Below, piece by piece: positions 58,672-64,000 of a DNA stretch of 64,000 bases; the first letter of the stretch is position 1; each line of letters opens with the position of its first letter. The position numbers and the translations under genes are program-made. This DNA comes from Hyphomonadaceae bacterium (lineage in GTDB: Bacteria; Pseudomonadota; Alphaproteobacteria; Caulobacterales; Hyphomonadaceae): NCBI GenBank assembly GCA_039942135.1, contig JBDVDE010000015.1, forward strand, positions 16,779 to 80,778, read 5' to 3'. The notes under the pieces are model-generated. The model was given only the letters and a program-made list of their open reading frames with translations. It did no database searches and was not told the origin of the DNA.

Positions 58672-59409
58672 TTACGCCGATGTAGCGCCCACGGCTAGCC
58701 CTAGCTTCGTCACATATGCTGCCATTTCGTCCGGCACAGCCGCGGAGAGGTCTAACGCGCCACCATTGGGCAAACTAAGCCGCAACCTTTGCGCATGTAA
58801 CATCAAGCGCTCAGCAGAGAGTTTTCCAGCACCATAGAGTTTATCGCCAAGGATCGGGCACCCCAGATATTTGAGATGCGCGCGAAGTTGATGCATCCGG
58901 CCAGTCTTCGGGCGAAGCTCGATTAAGGCGTGATGATCTGTCCCGCGCCCGAGAATTTTCCAATGCGTGCTCGCCGATTGCGCCCCTGCTGCATCAGATG
59001 CAATCATCGGCGGACTGCCCCGTTGCCCGACACATTTGAGCAAAGGTTGGTTAATAGTGCCCGCTGCGTTCGTTGGAAGAACGCCGCTAACAAGCGCGAC
59101 ATAAGTTTTCTTGGCGAGGCGTTTTGCAAACTGCTCTGAAAGGTGTGCTGCCGCGGGCTTGGTCTTGGCCGCAATGATAATGCCCGATGTGCCAGCATCA
59201 AGGCGATGCACGAGGCGCGGAATTTTGCCATTCGATTTAGCAAAAGCTGGTAACATATTTTCAAGGCACGGCCCGCGATTGCCGCGCGTCTGGACAGCGA
59301 GGCCTGAGGGTTTGTTGAACGCGAGAAGGTGCGCGTCTTCATGGATCACCAACGCTCGCACCAAGGCGGTATCTTCAGGACTGATCGTGGGAACGGGACG
59401 ATTTTTCAT
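58672..59409 (-). CDS. RluA-family pseudouridine synthase (no S4 domain)
   Basis: 245 aa with the catalytic motif HRLDAGTSGIIIAAK and the downstream RMHQLRAH. Confidence 0.85.
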   Translation of the reverse strand: MKNRPVPTISPEDTALVRALVIHEDAHLLAFNKPSGLAVQTRGNRGPCLENMLPAFAKSNGKIPRLVHRLDAGTSGIIIAAKTKPAAAHLSEQFAKRLAKKTYVALVSGVLPTNAAGTINQPLLKCVGQRGSPPMIASDAAGAQSASTHWKILGRGTDHHALIELRPKTGRMHQLRAHLKYLGCPILGDKLYGAGKLSAERLMLHAQRLRLSLPNGGALDLSAAVPDEMAAYVTKLGLAVGATSA

Positions 59410-60125
59410 GCGCGATTACTCGTAAGAGCCCATTCTAGCGGCGCAGATAATGATACTCCAGAATAATCCACTCTCAGGGCTCGGCGCTGCGCTTTGGATT
59501 TAGACGGCTCCGAGCGATGTAAAGTGAGGGCTTTGACGAACAAGATATCCCCGCGGCGAGCGACGCAGGTTTCGATCGGCGCAGCTCTGGCTGCCTCATC
59601 AGCCTTGGATGCTTTAATCAAACCCAATTTATGAGTTCCTCGTGCAAGCTGCAGACAGCCATTCTGCTTATCCGCATCATCAAGGTGAACGCGCGCGAAA
59701 ATCATTGAATACAGAAGGTCGATAGGAGGTTCACAATGCCAAACCCCAGATTTTTGCGACCAGTTTGAGTAGCCGTCGGCTTCACAACGCTGATCGACAG
59801 CAATCACCCTATCCTGATGCCAAGGCACGAGCCAATTTGAGTTGGGTGATTTGTTAAACACCACGAGCCGGACCGGATTACAGTTTAACAAGATGCTTCG
59901 CGCCAATCGCGTTATTACACTGTTTATGCCGAGGACGGTGTCAAGCTGTCTCGACCAATCGAGCCGCAGCCCCGGGCGGCCAGCAACATTGCAGATTTGA
60001 TCCAAATTCAACAACTCTTCGTTGCCCAACGCCCCCCGAAACCACACGCGGCCAGTCTCTTCCAACTCTTCGGCCAAGACATCAAGTCTGCTCACGCTCC
60101 GCCCTCCCGCATCTTCGCCCACCAT
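59406..60125 (-). CDS. Phytanoyl-CoA dioxygenase (PhyH) family Fe(II)/2-oxoglutarate oxygenase
   Basis: 239 aa with a WHQD metal-binding context (VPWHQDRV) and a distal His/Arg (LTLHRSEPS). Confidence 0.7.
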   Translation of the reverse strand: MVGEDAGGRSVSRLDVLAEELEETGRVWFRGALGNEELLNLDQICNVAGRPGLRLDWSRQLDTVLGINSVITRLARSILLNCNPVRLVVFNKSPNSNWLVPWHQDRVIAVDQRCEADGYSNWSQKSGVWHCEPPIDLLYSMIFARVHLDDADKQNGCLQLARGTHKLGLIKASKADEAARAAPIETCVARRGDILFVKALTLHRSEPSKSKAQRRALRVDYSGVSLSAPLEWALTSNRA

Positions 60126-61396
60126 GCCAATCTCTCCGCGATGGCTTTTTCCCGGCCTTCGCCTTTCGGGGCGTAGAAGTTTTGGCGGTTCATCATATCT
60201 GGGAAATAGTTCTGGCCCGAGAAGCCATGTTCGGTGTCGTGATCGTATGCATAGCCTTTTCCGTAGCCCTGATCTTTCATCATGTCGGTTGGTGCGTTCA
60301 ATATGTGCTTGGGCGGCATCAGGGAGCCGGTATCGCGCGCGGCTTTGCGGGCGGCTTTATAAGCGACATAGGCCGCGTTTGATTTGGGCGCGGTGGCCAG
60401 ATGGATCACAGCTTGGGCGAGCGCCAGTTCACCTTCCGGCGAGCCAAGGCGTTCATAAGTGCGCGCTGCCTCGCCGCAAATCATCAGCGCGGTCGGATCA
60501 GCCAGCCCGATATCTTCGCTCGCCATGCGGACCAGACGACGGGCCAGAAATAGCGGATCTTCGCCGCCCTCCAGCATACGCGCAAACCAGTATAGGGCTG
60601 CATCCGGGTCAGAGCCGCGCACGGATTTATGTAGGGCGGATATAAGGTTGTAATGACCCTCCTTATCCTTGTCATAGGCCGGCGCGCGGCGTTGCAACAC
60701 TGTGGCAAGTGCTTTGGCGTCAAGAATTTCGCCCTTACGCGCGACCGTGAGCACCTGTTCGGCAAGGTTTAAACAAAACCGCCCGTCACCATCAGCCATA
60801 TTGATCAGCCCAGCACGGGCCCCTTCATCCAGTGGCAATGGCTTTCCAGCCTCGGCCTCGACGCGGGTAAGCAGTTTCTCAAGCGCGGCCTCGTCCAAAC
60901 GGTTCAGCACCAATACCTGACAACGCGACAACAGCGCGCCGTTGATCTCGAAGCTTGGGTTTTCCGTCGTCGCGCCCACAAGGGTCACGACACCGCGTTC
61001 AACAAATGGAAGAAACCCATCTTGCTGCGCGCGGTTAAATCGGTGGATCTCATCGACAAATAAAAGCGTCCCCTTGCCCATATCGCGTTGACGCTCGGCG
61101 CGATCAAAGGCAACGCGCAAATCCTTTACGCCAGAGAACACCGCCGAAAGCGCCTCATAATTCAGATCGGTTTCGGCAGCCAATAATTGTGCAATTGTCG
61201 TTTTGCCAACGCCCGGCGGGCCCCACAGAATAATCGAGGACAATCGCCCTGTCGCCAACATCCGGCCAAGCGCGCCGTCGTCTCCGATCAGATGATCTTG
61301 CCCCACGACATCTGCAAGAGTTTGCGGACGTAGGCGGTCAGCGAGCGGGCGCGGCGCATCTTGGGCAAGACCTGAAGCGGCAAACAAATCAGACAT
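60092..61396 (-). CDS. rarA: Replication-associated recombination protein A (AAA+ ATPase)
   Basis: 434 aa with Walker A (GPPGVGKTT), Walker B (LFVDEIHRFN) and the MgsA C-terminal domain (HYNLISALHKSVRGSDPDAALYW). Confidence 0.93.
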   Translation of the reverse strand: MSDLFAASGLAQDAPRPLADRLRPQTLADVVGQDHLIGDDGALGRMLATGRLSSIILWGPPGVGKTTIAQLLAAETDLNYEALSAVFSGVKDLRVAFDRAERQRDMGKGTLLFVDEIHRFNRAQQDGFLPFVERGVVTLVGATTENPSFEINGALLSRCQVLVLNRLDEAALEKLLTRVEAEAGKPLPLDEGARAGLINMADGDGRFCLNLAEQVLTVARKGEILDAKALATVLQRRAPAYDKDKEGHYNLISALHKSVRGSDPDAALYWFARMLEGGEDPLFLARRLVRMASEDIGLADPTALMICGEAARTYERLGSPEGELALAQAVIHLATAPKSNAAYVAYKAARKAARDTGSLMPPKHILNAPTDMMKDQGYGKGYAYDHDTEHGFSGQNYFPDMMNRQNFYAPKGEGREKAIAERLAWWAKMREGGA

Positions 61397-61449
61397 TGCC
61401 GAAGTCTAGAACCATTCGGTCGAAATGACGAGCCTAGCTGCGATCATAC

Positions 61450-62892
61450 CTAAAGCGTAAAACGCTTGGTGGTGATCCGGCGGCCATTTCGTTCAATGGT
61501 GACTTCCCAACTGCCATCGGCACTATCGATTGCTGCTTCGAGTTCGCGCTTTGTGGTCGTCTCGCGGCCATTGATTGCGACCACAATATCCCCAAGACGC
61601 AGGCCCACGCGGCGCGCGATGCTGCGGCGCGGCGGGTTGCGCGTAACGAGTATCCCTTTCGTGAAAGGGTCTCCGCCAAGGCTTTCAGCAAGTGCCGGCG
61701 ATAGCTCGGCAACCTCGGCGCCCGACAAGGGATGAGCACCGCTCATAAGGTGTAGCTCCGCATCAGTCGCCCCCGGAGGCGGTGTCAGCAACACATTGAT
61801 CGCCCGGTGCTTTCCACTGCGCAAAACATCAAGCCTAACGCGTTCGCCCGGCGACTGCGTGGCCGCAAGGAAATTAAGCCCGCCTTCGTCAAACACCTCG
61901 CGGCCATTGATCGCAGTCACGAGGTCTCCGCGGCGTAGTCTTGCCTTATCTGCTGGACCATTTTCGTAGACTTCAGTGACGATTATCCCGACGGGTCGCT
62001 CCAAACCTTGCGATCGGGCGATATCGAAGCTGACCGCTTGCCCCTTTAGTCCTAGCCATGGGCGAATAATTCGACCTTCATTGACCGCTGCGTCGACGAC
62101 ACGGCGTACCATTTCCGCCGGAATCGCGAAGCCGATCCCGTTAGAGCCCCCTGATCGAGAGAAAATAGCCGTGTTTACGCCAACAAGCTGGCCATGGTTA
62201 TCAATCAGTGCTCCACCAGAATTGCCCGGATTGATAGCCGCATCGGTCTGGATAAAAAACGCATAGTCGGAAATACCGACATCTGTGCGCGCTGTCGCTG
62301 AAACGATACCGCTGGTCACTGTTTGACCAACTCCGAACGGGTTCCCAATCGCCAGAACAAGATCGCCAACTTCAACATCGCGCGTGTCAGCAAATGGTAG
62401 GGTGGGCAATTGCCCAGCTTCCTCATCGATTTTAAGAACAGCGAGATCAGTACGTTCATCCGCAAGCAGAAGCTCCGCCTCATATTCGCGGCGGTCAGAT
62501 AGAACAATGCGAAACTCGTCAGCTCCTTCGACCACATGATTATTGGTTACGATCACGCCATCGCGGCCGACAAGCACACCAGACCCAAGCGAGCCTTGAG
62601 CGCGTTCCTGTTGTCGCCCGAACAAACGCGAAAACCGTGGATCATTGGCAAAAGGCGACTGGCGTGTTGCCGTCTTGCGCGTATAAACGTTCACAACAGC
62701 TGGGGATGCTTGTTTAACCAGTGGTGCAAAGGTCAGATCGATCTGGCCTGCCGAGTTCGGCACCGACTGAGCATAAGCGGGCTGCGGCGCGTATACTGGT
62801 CCGACGAGCACTAAGAGCAGCAAAGTTACCGCGAACAGCGCAGCGGCCAAGAGTTTCGTTACATGTTTTGTCATAGGAAAATAAGTAGCCAT
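61450..62892 (-). CDS. degP: Do/DegP/HtrA family periplasmic serine protease with two PDZ domains
   Basis: It has a signal/anchor and a catalytic triad context (TNNHVV, DLAVLKI, GNSGGAL), followed by PDZ-like repeats. Confidence 0.9.
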   Translation of the reverse strand: MATYFPMTKHVTKLLAAALFAVTLLLLVLVGPVYAPQPAYAQSVPNSAGQIDLTFAPLVKQASPAVVNVYTRKTATRQSPFANDPRFSRLFGRQQERAQGSLGSGVLVGRDGVIVTNNHVVEGADEFRIVLSDRREYEAELLLADERTDLAVLKIDEEAGQLPTLPFADTRDVEVGDLVLAIGNPFGVGQTVTSGIVSATARTDVGISDYAFFIQTDAAINPGNSGGALIDNHGQLVGVNTAIFSRSGGSNGIGFAIPAEMVRRVVDAAVNEGRIIRPWLGLKGQAVSFDIARSQGLERPVGIIVTEVYENGPADKARLRRGDLVTAINGREVFDEGGLNFLAATQSPGERVRLDVLRSGKHRAINVLLTPPPGATDAELHLMSGAHPLSGAEVAELSPALAESLGGDPFTKGILVTRNPPRRSIARRVGLRLGDIVVAINGRETTTKRELEAAIDSADGSWEVTIERNGRRITTKRFTL

Positions 62893-62972
62893 AATCTATG
62901 GCTCTATTGCGGCAAGAGCTGGAATGCAATCGTGGCAAGCCTTACATTTCAGTCAGAAATAGCTCGAATGCC

Positions 62973-63007
62973 AAAATAAAAGCCCTGCACCGAAAAAGTA
63001 CAGGGCT
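62973..63007 (-). terminator. Rho-independent terminator after rplQ
   Basis: The minus strand reads AGCCCTG-13 nt-CAGGGCT followed by TTTATTTT. Confidence 0.65.
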
Positions 63008-63037
63008 CTAAATTAAAAGGTCTATGACCAGTTCGGT

Positions 63038-63457
63038 TTAAGCTTCAGCAGCTTCTTCCGCTGCGATGCGGGCGCGATCTGGCGCACCACGAGCATCAAC
63101 ATCGCGGTCAACAAGCTCGATAACAGCCATTGGCGCATTATCACCATAGCGGAAACCGGCTTTAAGAACGCGGGTGTAACCACCGTTCCGGTTCGCATAA
63201 CGCTCGCCGAATACGGCGAACAGCTTATTTACAGCTGCCTTGTCACGAATTTTGGCGATTGCCTGACGACGTGCCGACAGGTCACCCTTCTTCGCAAGCG
63301 TAACCAGTTTATCCATAATTGGCTTCATCTCTTTTGCCTTAGGCAACGTCGTCACGATCTGTTCGTGCGTGATCAGGGACGCTGCCATATTGGCAAACAT
63401 CGCCTTCCGGTGGGACGAAGTTCTATTTAGTTTGCGGTGCGCAAGTCCGTGGCGCAT
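63038..63457 (-). CDS. rplQ: 50S ribosomal protein L17
   Basis: [25 protein letters not shown]... is the canonical L17 N-terminus. Confidence 0.97.
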   Translation of the reverse strand: MRHGLAHRKLNRTSSHRKAMFANMAASLITHEQIVTTLPKAKEMKPIMDKLVTLAKKGDLSARRQAIAKIRDKAAVNKLFAVFGERYANRNGGYTRVLKAGFRYGDNAPMAVIELVDRDVDARGAPDRARIAAEEAAEA

Positions 63458-63491
63458 ATTACTCTCCTTCGAAAAGCTATTTCAGCTTTCT

Positions 63492-64000
63492 CTAATGGTG
63501 ATCGTCATACTTCTTAGCGAGGCCTTCGATATCTTCCGGCGGCCAATCAGCCACTTCCATACCGAGGTGCAGTCCCATACCAGCCAGAACTTCCTTAATC
63601 TCGTTCAGAGATTTGCGGCCAAAATTCGGAGTTCTTAGCATTTCAGCTTCGGACTTCTGAATGAGGTCACCAATATAAACGATATTATCATTCTTGAGGC
63701 AGTTTGCAGAGCGAACCGAAAGTTCCAGTTCGTCGACCTTCTTGAGCAGAACAGGGTTGAAGCCCAGATCTTGCTCTTCGCTGACCGGCGCTTCAATCAC
63801 AGGCTCATCGAACGTGATGAACAGTTGCAATTGATCCTGCATGATACGCGCCGCATAAGCGACAGCGTCTTCCGGCGTAATCGAGCCGTCAGTTTCAACA
63901 TCAAGCGTCAGCTTGTCATAATCAAGCACTTGGCCTTCACGGGTATCTTCAACTTGATACCCTACACGGCGCACCGGGCTGTAGATGGAGTCGACAGGAA
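63492..64000 (-). CDS. rpoA: DNA-directed RNA polymerase alpha subunit, C-terminal part. The gene continues off the right edge.
   Basis: The frame is open to base 64000 (…[21 protein letters not shown]…). The alpha-CTD contains [23 protein letters not shown]. Confidence 0.95.
   Translation of the reverse strand, partial: PVDSIYSPVRRVGYQVEDTREGQVLDYDKLTLDVETDGSITPEDAVAYAARIMQDQLQLFITFDEPVIEAPVSEEQDLGFNPVLLKKVDELELSVRSANCLKNDNIVYIGDLIQKSEAEMLRTPNFGRKSLNEIKEVLAGMGLHLGMEVADWPPEDIEGLAKKYDDHH

Noticed and set aside
1-64000. CRISPR arrays, IS elements/transposases, integrases, tRNA or rRNA genes
   Set aside because: Reading both strands, I found no spaced direct-repeat arrays, no DDE or tyrosine-recombinase-like ORFs, and no tRNA-like T-arm/acceptor patterns. 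A computational scan (tRNAscan-SE, ISEScan, minced) would be needed to exclude them formally.

Overview
This 64 kb window looks like chromosomal DNA from an alphaproteobacterium. The lgt-methyltransferase-pgeF synteny, a class I LysRS, a cpa/tad pilus locus and rpoA-rplQ fit a Sphingomonadales-like organism, but that assignment is only an inference. Most of the window is housekeeping or central metabolism:
- an RND pump C-terminus, an M13 peptidase, dodecin and a thiolase
- an ECF sigma pair, lysK, lgt, pgeF, prs and pyrD
- a pyk-zwf-edd-glk Entner-Doudoroff cluster
- two acyl-CoA dehydrogenases plus a crotonase, galTK, glpD, an ABC-F protein and pccB
- a long co-directional rarA-phyH-rluA-crcB-rluC-HAD-ATP12 gene string
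- degP, rplQ and a partial rpoA

The accessory-looking part is about 24.6-34.8 kb on the minus strand. It holds a seven-gene Cpa/Tad pilus machinery block (cpaB-cpaC-small lipoprotein-cpaE-cpaF-tadB-tadC) with no pilin or prepilin peptidase in cis. A visibly decayed type I secretion operon follows directly: the ABC permease/ATPase is split by two frameshifts, and the HlyD adaptor carries one in-frame TAA.

Other points worth a second look:
- a 21-nt exact repeat shared by the tadC-downstream spacer and the cpaF coding region
- an AT-rich gene for a secreted protein with two retropepsin-like DTG/DVG domains, next to a 670-bp GC-rich, highly structured divergent intergenic region. That region has partial matches to riboswitch cores and lies upstream of a MATE pump.
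- a perfect 13-bp inverted repeat in front of an orphan S24/HTH repressor
- crcB embedded between two pseudouridine synthase genes, with no room for a fluoride riboswitch

I could not recognise any rRNA, tRNA, CRISPR array, transposase or integrase. I did not find a clearly novel multi-gene system. The findings below are candidates for follow-up, not demonstrations.
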